Positions 28,140-42,989 are shown, counted from the stretch's first letter. The stretch is DNA of 64,000 nt from the human T2T-CHM13v2.0 reference genome, Homo sapiens (GCF_009914755.1 NC_060940.1); one strand, 5' to 3'. Numbers and translations are program-made. Notes: generated by a model not told the origin, from the sequence alone.

Positions 28140-28835
28140 TGGAACATGGATGGAGCTGGAGGCCATTGTATTAGTCCTTTCTCATGCTGCTATGAAGAAA
28201 TACCCAAGACTGGGTAATCTATAAAGAAAAGAAGCTTAATTGACTCACAGTTCCTCAGGGCTGGGGAGGCCTCAGGAAACTTACAATCATGGTGGAAGGG
28301 GAAAGAAACGTCCTTCTTCACATGGTGGCAGGAGGGAGAAGTGCAGAGTGAAGCTGGGGAAAGAACCTTATAAAACCATCAGATCTCATAAAAGAACCCA
28401 CTGACTATGGTGAGAACAGCATGGGGAAACCTCCCCAGTGATCTAATCATCTCCCACAAGGTCCCTCCCCCAACACGTGAGGATTACAGTTTGGATTACA
28501 ATTCAAAATGAGATTTGAGTGGGAATACAGAGCCAGACCATATCAGCCATTATCCTTAGCAAACTAACACAGGAATAGAAAACCAAGTGCTGCATGTTCT
28601 CACTTATAAGTGGGAGCTAAATGATGAGAACTCATAAACACATAGAGGGGAACAACATATACTGGGGCCTACCGGAGAGTAGTGGGTGAAAGGAGGGAGA
28701 GAATCAGCAAAAATCAACCATGGGTACTAGACTTAATACCCAGGTGATGAAATAATCTGTATAACAAACCCCCATGACACAAGTTTACCTATATAATAAA
28801 CCTGCACATGTACCCCTGAACTTAAAAGTAAAACA
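28140..28835 (+). mobile_element. L1 3' end (L1PA/PB-type) interrupted by an MST/THE1 LTR
   Basis: aacatggatggagctggaggccat|tatccttagcaaactaacacagg...catgttctcacttataagtgggagc...cctgcacatgtacccctgaacttaaaa. Confidence 0.9.
28167..28545 (-). mobile_element. MST/THE1 MaLR solo LTR
   Basis: tgtattagtcc...agccagaccatatca with perfect 5-bp TSD gccat. Confidence 0.92.
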
Positions 28836-28840
28836 AAAAA

Positions 28841-29262
<422 letters not shown>

Positions 29263-30625
29263 TCAAAAAAAGTCAGCTTGGGAAGAGTAGGACAATGATT
29301 TTGGTGTACCACAACGCTGCTTTTAACCATACCCTGAATCCCAGAATGAGTAGAAAGAAGTAAAGAAAATACTTAGAATGTTCCCTGAATACCCCACAGT
29401 TCGGAGAAAAGCAAGCCAAGGGGTGTATAGGCATCTTGGGTGGAGTCAGGAACATAATTTCAAGATTAGAAGCTCTCTACCTCTTGCTAGAGGCAGGAAC
29501 ATTGCCTCTATAAGGACATTTAACAGAATTTCATGAAAAGGAGCAGAGTCCCTGGTTCTGAGACACAGCCCATCAGAGCAACTCTTCCCACTAAAGACCC
29601 AATACAGACAACAGATAGAACACATTAAACTGCTGCTAAGAGGAAAGAAGGGTCTCAGGTAAAGCAGGAAGTTGGTCAAGAAGAATTTATTTAATATCTG
29701 TTAGTACAGAGGTCTACACGGAGCTCTACATATTAAGCAAGAACAAAATAAATAACAGCATGAAGGGAACTCTATTTTTAATAATGGCAAACTTGTCCTC
29801 TCAGACTAAAGCTTTGCTGAAAACAACTTCATCATGCTGTAAAAAATAGTAAAAACACCTTAAAAGCATTGAGGAGTTGATGTGAGGTAAAGGAGTTGGT
29901 CAAACTGAAGGGCCTGCTAGAACCCTGAAAGAAAAGAACAGGAGAAACATTCTTTATCCACAAGCAGTCGCCAATAAGGACATTTGCCAAATCAGCACAT
30001 TTGGATGTTGGTTTTGACAGCCTTGCTGTGTGTTTGTGGGGGCAGGGGGCAGGGGCAGATATTAATGCTCAGAGCCCATCCAGGGTAACGAATCTAGTAA
30101 GAAACTTCTTCACATTAAGCCAGGATGCCAAAAGATTATACATTAAGGTTGAGGATAATAACTTTAAAAAGGGAATGAGGTATACAAAAGAGATGAAACA
30201 CCCATCTGGGAGAAAATACAACCCAAGGGAAAACAACTATCTTTTTTAGTACTATGCCGTAGAATAGTTAAATATGGCACACATTTACCAAAATACAAAC
30301 TAAGTGGTAAGCTATTAAAGTAACATAATGATTTTTAAAAAGACTTTGGAGCTTAGGGAAAAAACTGCGGACTAAAATGTCATTATAGAACTAATAAATA
30401 AATTAGCACAGATAGTATGAAGTAGACAAGACTGAAAATAGAAAAACTGCTACAGGGCAAAGGCTTGAGAAAGTCTTTAGTGAACGAAAAGGAAAAGATA
30501 AAAAATAAGGAAGGTAATAGAAAAAGAAAATAATAGATGTTCCTGGAGTAGAGACTGCGACAGAAAAAAATCATATATAAGAGAAACATGAATGTGCCTT
30601 AAAAGGGGAAGGTGTATATTTATAT

Positions 30626-30627
<2 letters not shown>

Positions 30628-30662
<35 letters not shown>
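30628..30662. repeat. (TG)n microsatellite
   Basis: About 17 uninterrupted GT units. Confidence 0.97.
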
Positions 30663-30665
<3 letters not shown>

Positions 30666-31321
30666 CTTCCTCTTTTAAGGCACATTCATTTTTTCCTATA
30701 TATGAATTTTTTCTGTCTATTGCATTCTCTATTCACAGTACATTCTATGAGAAACTAATATGAATTTTTTGATCCTGAGTATATCTTAAAGAACAAAGAA
30801 AAAATTCTGTATTTATTCAGAAAGAAAACTCATGTACTCTATAAAAGGAAATTTAGATAAGCCACAGTCTTTTCCATAACATCCAAAAGACAAGAAAGCC
30901 ATATTTACAAGGTTCTAAAGAACAAGGAAGTATGTTTCATAGAATATAATGTCTAGTCAGGTTCATGTTTGAATATAATTGCAACACTGAAATATTCTCA
31001 AACTCGGAGTATGACACCTATGAGTCCATGTATTAATCAAACAAAATATAACAACTGTGCAGTTAAAGGACAGTATCCAGTACTGTGAGACAATGGACAA
31101 AGGTCTAACACATTTTGAGGGAAAGAAAGTGTGATTCCTCAAATTTTATACCCAGCTAATGTGTCCTTTCATTTATTCATTTATTCTTGTGTGTTTATTT
31201 TTATTTTATTTTCTATGCCTTCACAGTGCACCTTGAGTATAAAGGTAATAGACATTCTTAGGCATGCGCAAGAAATTAGAATAGAGCATCTAACGATCTT
31301 CTAAAAGTCTTCTTAAAAACA

Positions 31322-31460
31322 AGCTGGGCATAGTGGTTTGTGGCTGGAGTCCCAGCTACTCAGAAGGCTGAGGCGGGAGGATTGCTTGAGGCCAGAAGTT
31401 AGAGATCAGCCTGGGCAACATAGCAAGACCCCATCTCAAAAAATAACAACAACAACAATA
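31322..31460 (+). mobile_element. Alu monomer (FLAM-like)
   Basis: Single arm with an (AAC)n tail. Confidence 0.85.
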
Positions 31461-31954
31461 ATATAAACTCTTCTTAAAAATAAAATTCGCCTAATAAAGG
31501 TAAATAAAAAACAATGAAGAACATGAATCTAAAAAACTTGAGCACTTAATTATTTAATATAGAAGTATAAAATATGACAAAATGAATGTGGCTTGAGAAC
31601 AAGATGACAAATATTACAAACCTTGATGAAGTAAAACAATAACTAGTAAAAGGAGGTAAGGGAAGGAAATTGAGTAGCTGTGTGCTAATTTTCTCATCTT
31701 TTAAGCAAGGAGTCAGTCAATATTGTCTAATACTGAAGCATGAAGTTAAAGTAATCGATCTAGAAAAAGGTTTTCTCCATTTTTTTTCTCTTAATCATAG
31801 ATTGTTTCAGAACTATATTCTGGCAAAAAAAAATGTTTTCTTCTGAGGATCAGAAATGCTTCAATTTCAAGTCTATATTTTTTGTTAAATTCTAACCTAA
31901 CAATGTCTACCCATTAAATGCAATACTTCTGATATTTGTCATGCATAACCCTAT

Positions 31955-32170
31955 TTTAAAATATTTAAATAAAAATTGTACATATTCAAGGTGTACAATG
32001 TGATAATTTGATATACATATACACTGTGTACTGATTACCACAGCCAAATTAATTAACATATCTATCACCACCTATAGTTACCATTACTGTGTGTGTTTGC
32101 TGGGGGTGAAGGTACCTTAAATCCACTCCTATCAAACTTCAGGTAAACAACACAGTGTTTTTCATTACAG
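31955..32170 (-). mobile_element. L1MA-type 3' fragment
   Basis: aattgtacatattcaaggtgtacaatgtga...tgatatacatatacactgtg...ttaacatatctatcacc. Confidence 0.7.
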
Positions 32171-35159
32171 TCTTCATAATCCCTTTTTAAAAATCTGTTT
32201 TTCTTAACCTCATTGAATCTTTTATTCTCTGTATCTGTCTCACTGTTCTCTTTTCTTTCACGTATTCATGGTAAACAAATGCTTAGACATTCAACAGATT
32301 TGAAAGACTTTTTTAGGTGGTAGAAGTTTTGATGAAATTTTGCTTTCTTTGTATTCTACCACTTTTAATTTTATGTAGCGGACATGTGTCATTTTTATAA
32401 AAAAAAAGTCATTATTCCATAAAAGAAAAAATATAGGCTTTTAACACGTGTTTGTGGTTTTCATCTTCGTGTTTTTCATAATTTTGCTTATGGTATCAAA
32501 CGAAAGTAGCAATCACTTGACTTTACTACATTTTTAAAAACTCTGCTGTTTTCTTTAGAAGAGCTAGCCTCTTGGAAACTGATGCTTCTTTTCTCTTGAT
32601 GCTGCCAGATCCCTAACTCCGAATCTTTCATATTTTAATCCTCAAGGTTTCCTGAACATGTCGAAGGAGAACTCACCAATGCCTGCATGCATTTGCAGAT
32701 TAACAGCTTCTGCCATTAGCAAATTGGAAATCCCTTCCCTCATCTTTCTTACAGGGGGAGTCTTTTTCTCCTAATAGTACTATGATTCCCATTTCTGCAT
32801 TTTCTTATTAATGTAGTGTATAGAGCATTTTTATTTTTCTTGGCTGCTTTAGCTTTCTGTTGAGCTTCATGAGTATTAAATGGAATGGCTTATCTGAGGG
32901 AACAAAGCAAAGCAAAAACTCTACTTTCAACTAATGGGAAGACGGATCTTTAATACAGAAGCAAGACACTGGTAGGCAAACAGTACATGGGTCATGCTCT
33001 GTGTTCCACTAAGTCATAAGGCTCTCATGAGGCCACAGGATACATGTTTGGAGCAATGATGCTGCCTCAGTGGGTGAGATGAGATCAGTCAAGGGCCTGC
33101 AGCTTCTGATTTGAAAACAACAGGCACCTGATCTGAACTGGGGTGTTCCCAGAATGTGACCCAAGCTTTCAGCTTACACTAGGGGATATACTAGACTTGG
33201 TAAGTGGAAGGACACAGGCCAGATCCATCAAAAAATGCTTTACAATGAAGGGCAACTAAGAATCGAGAGCCCCTACGATGCAATTCCTTTAGACTACTTG
33301 TTACTTGAATTGAGGTGACTATTAGTGGCACCAATCAATGAAAATTTTTTCTCCCTAATATTTTGTAAAATCTGTGGCTTCTCCTGTAGCCAGTATCTGA
33401 AGGCATCTAGTCAACGCACTAAATATCCTGTTAACATTGATAAGCATCCTTATTTCTAATTACCAGATGAATATATGAAGGCATTCTTGTTCAAGAAAGC
33501 ATCGGTATTTTTGCTACTACTGAACAATTAACATAGTTGATGGAGTGAGCCACCTGCACTCTGGGTGTTTTAAGCATTTTTCTAAATTATTATTTTGGTT
33601 ATTACTACTCTCTGAGTAAGATTTTTGCCTCTTTTAATATTTCTGTTAACTGGGAAATGACCCCAGATGGGAGATCCTTAGGTTTTTGGGCATAAAAGAA
33701 TTTTTTTAAAAAACGGAACTAAATACAGCAGAAAATGACTATAACAATAACATACACGTGTGCATATTTTGAACATATTTTAGGGGAGAACTGTTCCATG
33801 TGATAAACACAACACCGTCATTTTGAGCCCAACTTTCTTCTTGAAAAATATCAAAGATTTTGCTTAAGTTGCCATGGACAAACAGACTTATAGACAATTC
33901 AGAATCATTTGGAGAGATGAGGGCTACATACTGTATTTAACTTTCAAAACACAGTAAGTAGATTGAGCTCAGCAGTACACAAAGAGCTGAGAGTTTCTGG
34001 GATAAACACATGGGAATCAGTGGGAGAGGCAGAAAAAGGAGACTAAAGATTACAAAATTCAGTCACATTTCAAAATTTTCTGCTACAATAATTCACTTTA
34101 TGTAGAATTAATGTGTCTGATTGAACGTTTGTGCTGTAATTTACTTATAATTAACATTTTATGGTGAACAGATTTCTCCACCTCCTTCATGCTGTGAACT
34201 CTAAGCCATAGGTCAAAAATAGAGATGAAACAGATAAGCACAAAATATTCTCACTGAAACATTAATGAGATTTTAATTTACTGCTTTAAAAACACATCTT
34301 TCATCAACGTCTGTATATAAAAATCACCTTTTTATTTTAATTTTTTAATCACATTAAAAATATAATGAACTCTTCTAGCTGGCAGAAAGACACTAAAAAA
34401 TCTGATGCAGGCAGGCAGTCCTAGGTAGTTAAATCATTTTCCATCTTGTTCAGGAGCCAAAAATATTGTCTTGTGAAGAGGTAATGGTTTAGTTCAACTC
34501 AGCCAAGAATCTCTTCTCAATTAATCAGTGCATTTTGATAGGTAAGAATTTCTTGCAAATGGTGACCCTAGGAAAACCATTCCTACTCCCAAACTAAGAC
34601 ATTTGTGAAGACCAAAATGTGGGTGGGCCTTCCATTTGTTGGATTTACTTACCTTAAGGGAGAAGCTTGTGCCTGTCTAAAGTTTCAAGGTAGAACAATA
34701 GGATTTCAAATGAAGTGAGGAATTGGGAGCAAGAAATTTTCATTTGGTACTGAAGTTATTACAAAGTGCTGCCTTCCAACCAATGATTACCATTTCTATT
34801 AACGCACCAGACATTAAGTCATTAAGTCTCTTATTACTCCTTAAGACTTGACCTAAATCTCTCTTTCTCAAAGAGGTTACCTTTGGTCCACTTTGCTGCA
34901 AGCATCAATCATATCCAGTCCTTCTCCATTGGGTTGGACTGACCATGAGATATCTGTCTACTTACCTACCTACAAACCCACCCACCCACCCATCCATCCA
35001 CTTAATGTGTGTCTTTCATGCTAAATTATAAACTCTAAGAGGACAGTCCCACATCTGAGTTACTTATCGCTGTAACTGGCCATTTGTAATAGGTACAATA
35101 AATGTGTGTTGACTGATTGAATTACTGGGTTGTCGGTTGGCCCTCTGGGCATGAAATCC

Positions 35160-36150
35160 AGTGTGATTTGTTGTTTCCAAAAAAGTTGTAACTAGTTGAT
35201 TCCCCATTGAGAGGTAGAGTCTACTGTTCCATCCCCCTGAATCTGAACTGACCTGTGACTGCTTTGTGTAATTGGATGTGGAAGAGGTGACTGTGCCAGT
35301 TTGGGCCCTGCTTTTAAGAGGACCAGCAGGTTCCTCTTCCCTCAACATGGAACATTTGCTCTGGAGAATGTTAACTGCCTTGTGAGAAGTCTCACTACCC
35401 TGAGACTTCCATGCCGGAAGGACACTCAAGCTGGTCACCTAAAGAGACGGTGTCAGAAAACAGAGTGTAACACTAGCCACCTTCAGCTGTTTTAACCATC
35501 CTGGCCCAGGAGCCAGACATGCAAATGAAGGAACCGTCTCAAACATTTCAGACAGTCCAGCCCCGTGGATTCCATATGGAAAAGCAAGTGTATTAGTCTG
35601 TTTTCATGCTGCTGATAAAGACATAGCTGAGACTGTGCAATTTATAAAGAAAAAGAGGTTTCATGGACTCACAGTTCCACATGGCTGGGGAGGCTTCACA
35701 ATCATGGTGGAAGGTGAAAAGCATGTCTTACATGGCGGCAGATAAGAGAATTTGTGCAGGGAAACACGTCTTTGTAAAACCATCAGGTCTTGTGAGACTT
35801 ATTCACTATCACCAGAACAGCACAGAAAAGACCCACCCTTATGATTCGATTACCTCCCACCAGGTCCCTCCCACAACATGTGGGAATTGTGGGAGCTGTA
35901 ATTCAAGATGAGATTTGGGTGGTGAAACAGCCAAACCGTATCAGTGAGGCTCTGGAGTGAGTTGCCCATCTTATTGTCACCCTGAGGCATCCCAGCTCAG
36001 CCTTAGACATCAGGGAGCCGAGGTAGGGCATTCCCACTGCATCCTACCCAAATTCTTGATTCTTTATTATGCTCAGAATCCATGAGCATAATAAAATCAC
36101 AGCTGTTTTACACCATTGTGTTTTGGGATGGTGTGCATGGCAACAATAGA
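35160..36150 (+). mobile_element. MLT1 solo LTR interrupted by THE1
   Basis: gagaggtagagtcta...ccccctgaatctg...tgtgactgctttg ... aataaaat...tgttttgggatggt...gcaacaatagataa. Confidence 0.75.
35589..35943 (-). mobile_element. THE1 MaLR solo LTR
   Basis: tgtattagtctgttttcatgctgctgataaagacata...cagccaaaccgtatca. Confidence 0.92.
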
Positions 36151-37944
36151 TAAGAGAAACATTCTAAGAGTCTACAGTATGCACCATGTCTTTGTCTCAA
36201 TCTTGGGTACCCATGACATTTTATTCTAGAGAGAAAATCCAGACAGAACCATGTTCCACCCGGATCTCTTTTACAGATGATACAAAGATGGTAGGTTCTT
36301 TGAAGTAGACTCGACAGACTTAGTGGAAATTTTGAACCTGATGCCGATCCCAAAGGAATAAATATCTCAAGAGGAGTTCATTCGTGTTCTTTGAATTCCC
36401 TAAGACAGTAATGGGACCATTCAAGCTACCAAATTCAGCAATTTTCTCAGAAATTTGACTTAGGTTAGTTAGCAAAAATGAGGCTCTGTTTCCTCACTCT
36501 CACAGCCAAATTTCTCAAAAAAAAAAAAAAAGCCATTTACACAGATCTCAATTTCTTTATTTTTCTATTCACTCCCCAGTCCATTCTAAGTCTTCACAAT
36601 TACTGCTTCCTTTTCCCAGTTAGGGTATCACCCCCCTCTCCCCCACCCACCCAATAAAGAGTGTGTGTGGCTCAGGGAGAGGAGCGAGACTACAAACACA
36701 AAAGCAAAGATATATCTGCTTTGCATAAGTTACATCCTGTCCTTTCAATCACAAATCTTCTATAATGTTATGCAAATATTCAAGACTTTTCCATCATTTA
36801 TGATAACAGTGTTGGGAAAGCTAGGATATTCAAGTATAAGACAGTTAAAAAAAAAAAAAACTACAATAGAAAACTAACCTGGGCTTTGATTTATCTTCTC
36901 CAAGTTCAGACCAAATGAGAATGAAGACCTTTTATGCCAAGAACATGCTACTTATTTTTCACACGATTTACAAATGGAAGCTTGTCATTACAAATCCCGA
37001 TGTGACTCTTTTTTGAACCATCATGACGTTGTCAGGTGTCCATCACAGATGGAGTAGCTCATAAAATTAGAATGACCCCTTGATAGAAAACAAGACCTAC
37101 ACAGACCTGGTTTTCATACCAGCCACACCTGCTTTTGGAACAAAGGTGAATGCATTTAGTTCATAAAAATAGCACCTCTTATCTGAGAGGTCCAAATGCT
37201 TCCCAGGAACTTTACATTTGCATTCTCAGAGTTTGGAAAAAGTGGAAAATTGATTGCGAGAATAGAGATCATTCATCCAGTTCCTTAGTGCATCATAGGA
37301 ACATGCAAACTAAAGAGTGAAAATAAAGACCCAGGGGGCTAAACAAAATGGAACATACATGATGGTTCTACATTCTTCCCACCCCAGAGGTCCCTTTGTT
37401 GCCTGTCTCAACTCAAGAACATTCCATGAAAAGAAAGGTGATGCTGAAGAGAGACCCAGGATGTGTATGTGGAAGCCAGCAAAAGCTCATAATTCAATGA
37501 AGTCATTTCATTCCCTTTACTTTCTAACAAGCTCCAACCCATTCAAAGGACTTATTAGAATTTCAAATGAAAAGCTGAATACTATGAGCATTGTAAATCA
37601 GCTACAAACAGCTTTTAAAACTGTGTCAGGAGAAATACACTTGTAATTTTCTTCCTTTTTTTAAAATATTGCTTTTTTTTTTTTTTAACTTCAAAGCTTT
37701 GTTTGTTAAGAAGCAGTTACCAATTTATTTCTACAGAAGGAATCTGATTTTGGTTGGAGTGAGGGGGCCCAATTGGAGCAATCCTTTCACCTGGGTTGGT
37801 ACGCGCTCCCAGCATTATACCGATTTGTGGCACATGCACTACTATCCAGGTGCTGGGTGTCCCTTGACAAACCACATTGCGTTATTTATTTTATTGTTGT
37901 TCTTCTTCAGATTTCTTAGAACCCGAAGCAGAAATATCCCTTAC

Positions 37945-38200
37945 CTGGGAAGAACTGTGATTCAGACTCCTCCAGTCCTGGAGACCATATGTGGTCTTTA
38001 AAAATGTCCAAACAAGAATAGGATGCCAGGGGAGCCGTCCGTCTAACGGGGCCAGCGGGCAGCAGAGTCCTCCTCAGGAGTCAGGAGCCTTTCTCCTCTT
38101 GCAAGGATGTCCCGCAATCTCTCATATGTTCATCTCCCTGAGAACTTGACAGGGTCGTGAGACAGGGATATTTTATACTTGTTCCTTGTTCTCCAAGTCC
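37945..38200 (-). other. ZFHX3: 256-nt non-coding internal exon, probably a 5' UTR exon of the long ZFHX3 isoform
   Basis: Minus strand acceptor TCTATTTCTTTTCTTTCCAG ends at 38201 and consensus donor CAG/GTAAG lies at 37945/37944. All three frames contain stops. Assignment to ZFHX3 rests on the recalled location of the tRNA and on my recollection of a leader exon of this size; not verified. Confidence 0.72.
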
Positions 38201-39432
38201 CTGGAAAGAAAAGAAATAGATTTCTCAATTTGTAAAAATCTTAAACTGAGATTAATTTTCAAATAGAAGAGATACATTCCTCCCCACTTTCCCCCTCCCT
38301 TCCTTCCTCCTTTATCTTCTTCTGCAGCACAGAAGGCCCATGTGATTACCTAGATCACCTTCCACACTACCCAAAGCAAAAAGACGAAGTATCACAGCAG
38401 CTATATCCACAGGAAAACATCCACAGCAATTGGGCGTCCTTGGTGAATGTTACTTTCTTTACACAGAACGCTTACCACTAACGACTTGCAAAACATAGGA
38501 CACTATGTTCTGATAGGCAAGACCACAGCCAGCTTTGACAGAAAGAAGGTGCTACTCAGAATCACAAGCTTCTTTCTCTCTTCTGTTTCAGTTCTGAAGA
38601 GTAGCTGCTCCAATGTCAAAATGAAAATTACAACCTCCAAATTAATAGAGTGCCGCTCCAAGGCCTGGAGAGTGGGATCCAGATGCACCTTCTATCGGGA
38701 TGGAAAAGATTTAATCAAGCTGCACTGACTATTTATTGAACACAGAATTACTAAGCATCAACTACTGAAAACCATATGCATGACCTTTAAAAACTGATAA
38801 TTCTCTGCTGGCCTCCCCTTTAAATCTTGCAATTATATTCCGAGCAAAATACTTGAACAGCCAAGTCAGAGGAGTGCCCCAAAACTCCGCTTCAGCGAGG
38901 CGTAATAGAAGGGTCTGGGGCTGTTGAAAGGGACAGATTGGAGATAACATTCAGGTGGAAGGAAATCTACTGATTACTTTGGTTAGAAATGGAGGTAAAA
39001 CCACCACATATAGAGGGTAGCGGAGCCTTGTGCTTCTGAGCAAACTGGTAGAACCACTCTCTTCCCTTTCCTGCACCACCTCCCCCAACCAGCATAACCC
39101 TCTTCCTATTTTGGAGAATTTTTATAGAGGAAAGTGACAGTTTTCTTCCAAGAGGTGGCATCTCTCTGGAAACCATCCTGGTGGACAAAGCGATAATGAT
39201 GAGAGGCCCCCATGAAAGAGAAAATGCTGGCATCAGGAATGGAGACCATGAGGTCTGGTCTTTCAGGGACAGTTTCCCCCATCGGTGGCAGCCCCAGAGC
39301 GCCTGGCTTTGACTGCATCACGTGAGCTGGAAAGTTTCCTTCTATGCAAATCTGCATTATTAGTAGAAGGGCCTTGAATAAGCTGCTGAACCTCTCTGAA
39401 CCACATTCAGACACTTACAAAACGAGGGAGTC

Positions 39433-39743
39433 GGCCGGGCACGCTGGCTCACTCCTGTAATCCCAGCACTCTGGGAGGCCGACGTGGGTGGATCACTTGA
39501 GGCCAGGAGTTCAAGACCAGCCTGACCAACATGGTGAAACTCTGTCTCTACTAAAAATACAAAAATTAACCTGGCGTAGTGGCGCATGCCTGTATTCCCA
39601 GCTCTCCTGGGAAGGCTGAGGCATGAGAATCGCTTGAGCCTGGGAGGCGGAGGTTGCAGCGAGCCGAGATTGCACCACTGCACTCCGGCCTGGGCAACAG
39701 AGCGAGACTCCGTCTCAAAAAATAAAATAAAATAAAATAAAAA
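39433..39743 (+). mobile_element. Alu (AluS-like)
   Basis: Full dimer with an (AAAAT)n tail. Confidence 0.95.
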
Positions 39744-40189
39744 TGAGAGAGTCATACCTACTTCATGGTGATGACTCAGTGAAGGAATGCATGGGAAGTT
39801 CTCAGCACACAGCCTAGCTCTGAAAAGCTTGATTGGAGTTCCTTTCCATCCCAACTTCCTTCCCAGGAAGATGGAGACACTAGCTAGCTAAATAAGGGGC
39901 ACTTAAGCTCAGGTGTTTAACAGATTCTCCAGCACTTTATAGGTGCTGGCTTCACAGGAAGGCACTTGAACCATTTTGTCCTGCACCATCCCGCAATAGA
40001 CACCTGTTCTTGAAATGACTTGGTTTTCATTTCTCTGTTTCCTGGTTAGTCAACAGAAACATCTATCTTTATAGAAATTACTTTCAAACCCCTTCTCTCT
40101 CTTATTATGCCTCTTTCTCTTTTTCTTTCTTCCTTTTCTATACACATTTTCAGCCCCAGAGTGGTTACCTGCCAAGACACCCAAGTAGA

Positions 40190-40341
40190 ATTCTTTTTTC
40201 TTTTCTCCTTTCTTTCTTTCTCTCTTTCTCTCTCTCTCTTTCCTTCTTTCCCTCCCTTCCTCCCTCACTTCCTCCCTCCCTTCCTCCCTCCCTTCCTCCT
40301 TTCCTCCCTCCTTCCTCCCTCCCTTCCTTCCCTCCCTCCCT
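40190..40341. repeat. Polypyrimidine low-complexity tract (CT/CCTT/CCCT)
   Basis: About 150 nt of almost pure C/T, abutting an antisense Alu tail. Confidence 0.92.
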
Positions 40342-40556
40342 GAGTCTTACTCAATTGCCCAGGCTGGAGGGCAGTGGTGCAATCTTGGCTCACTGCAACC
40401 TCCGCCTCCCGGGTTCAAGCAAATCTCATGCCTCAGCCTCCTGAGTAGCTGGGATTGCAGGAACCTGCCACCACACCCTGCTAATTTTTGTATTTCACCA
40501 TATTGGCCAGGCTGGTCTCGAACTCCTGACCTCAGGTGATCCACTCACCTCGGCTT
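40342..40556 (-). mobile_element. Alu (truncated, internal deletion)
   Basis: gagtcttactc...gcccaggctgg...gacctcaggtgatccactcacctcggc. Confidence 0.88.
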
Positions 40557-41222
40557 ACACCTGACTTTTGAACTGCTCTTTAGACCCCTGCTTTTTGTCT
40601 TGATGCGGGTTGGCTCCCTCGGTCACCTCTCCCTACCCCAGGTCACCCCCAACCTTTATCGCATTTTCTTATGCTTTTGTATGATAGTTTTCCTTTTTAG
40701 TAAAAACATTTAAAATGATTTCCGATTGTCTGCTCTGTAAACTCTTTTCCCTGTTTTAAATAATTAAGGAATCAATATCATTTTAACATATCTGTAAGTC
40801 TTCATATTAGTAACAACTGAAACCTCCGTACGATGACATGGAGAATAAACATCCCTGTCTATAGCATTCTAAACGACTTACCCAAGAAGCTCATTTGCCT
40901 AATTACTGGAGTTAATGAAACTCTTCCATCTGCTTTTAACGTCTCACTTTCTATCACACCTATCTGCCCTGTTTATGGGTATCAGTAAGATGGGCAATAG
41001 CAAAGAGTAGACACGTATGTGAGACATACTGAATAATTCCTCCAAACAGACCAGAGAAAACACAAAAAGTTAATTTTAAATGGAAAAGCTCATGGAGTCC
41101 CTGGATGTGGTGAGTTCCTTCTTATAAAAACTAACCTTTTTATTTTGAGATAATTGTTGATTCACACGCAGTTGAAGACACAATACAGAGGTAAATGTAT
41201 ATGTATCATTTGCCATTTCCTC

Positions 41223-41930
<708 letters not shown>

Positions 41931-42569
41931 CCTCCAATGATAATATTTCCAAAACCACAGTACAATATGACAATCAGGATAGTGACCTTGATACTGTCAA
42001 GATACAGAATGGTTCCATCACCACAAGGAGCTCTCCTTTGGGCCACACCCCCTTCCCTCCCATTCCCACTCTCTCCTTAACCCTTGGCAACTACTCCTCT
42101 GTTCTCCATATCTATAATTTTGTCAATTCAAGAATGTTATATAAATGGAATATTACAGTCTGTAAACTTTTGAGATTGGCTTTTTTTCACTCAGCGTAAT
42201 TCTCACATGATTCATCTAAGTGGTCGCCTGTATCAATTGTTTGCTCTTTTTTATTGCTGAGTAGTATTTCATGTTATAGATATTCTACAGTTTGCTTAAC
42301 CATCTACCTACTGGAGGACAACTGGATTGTTTCTAGTTTGGGGCTATTACAAATCAAGTTGTTATAAATAGTCATGTACAGTATTTTGTGTGAACACAAA
42401 TTTCCATAAATGATCTTTGTGGTATAAATATCCAGGAGTGCAGTTGTAGGGTGGTGTAATTGCTTGTTGTTGTTGTTGTTTTTATGAAACTCCCAAATTG
42501 TTTTCTAAAGTAGCTGTGTCATTGTACATTCTCACTAGCAATGTATAAGTCACTTGATTTTTCTGCATC

Positions 42570-42989
42570 TGATATAGTTTGGATATGTGTCCTTGACCAA
42601 ATCTCATGTTGAAATGTAATTCCCAATGTTGGAGGTGGGGCCTGGGTGCAGCTAATTGGATCATGAGGGCAGTTTCTCATGAATGCTTTAGCACCATCCA
42701 CTTTGTGCTGTCCTCACAACAGTGAGTTCTCGTGAGATCTGGCCATTTAAAAGTGAGTGGCACCTCCCTGCCACTTTCTTGCTCCTCCTCTGGCTACGTG
42801 ATACACCTACTCTCCCTTCGCCTTCCAACGTGATTGTAAGTTTCCTGAGGCCTCTCCAGAAGCCCAGCAGATGCCAGCATCATGCTTCCTGTACAGGCTG
42901 CAGAACTGTGAGCCAATTGCCTCTCTTCTCTTTATAAATTACCTAGTCTCAGGTATTTCTTTACAGCAATGCAAGAACAAACTAATACA
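42570..42989 (+). mobile_element. MST solo LTR
   Basis: tgatatagtttggat...aaatctcatgttgaaatgtaat...aactaataca; flanks gcatc/gcaac. Confidence 0.9.

Noticed and set aside
39360-39854. 164-aa minus-strand ORF
   Set aside because: Mostly antisense Alu translation.
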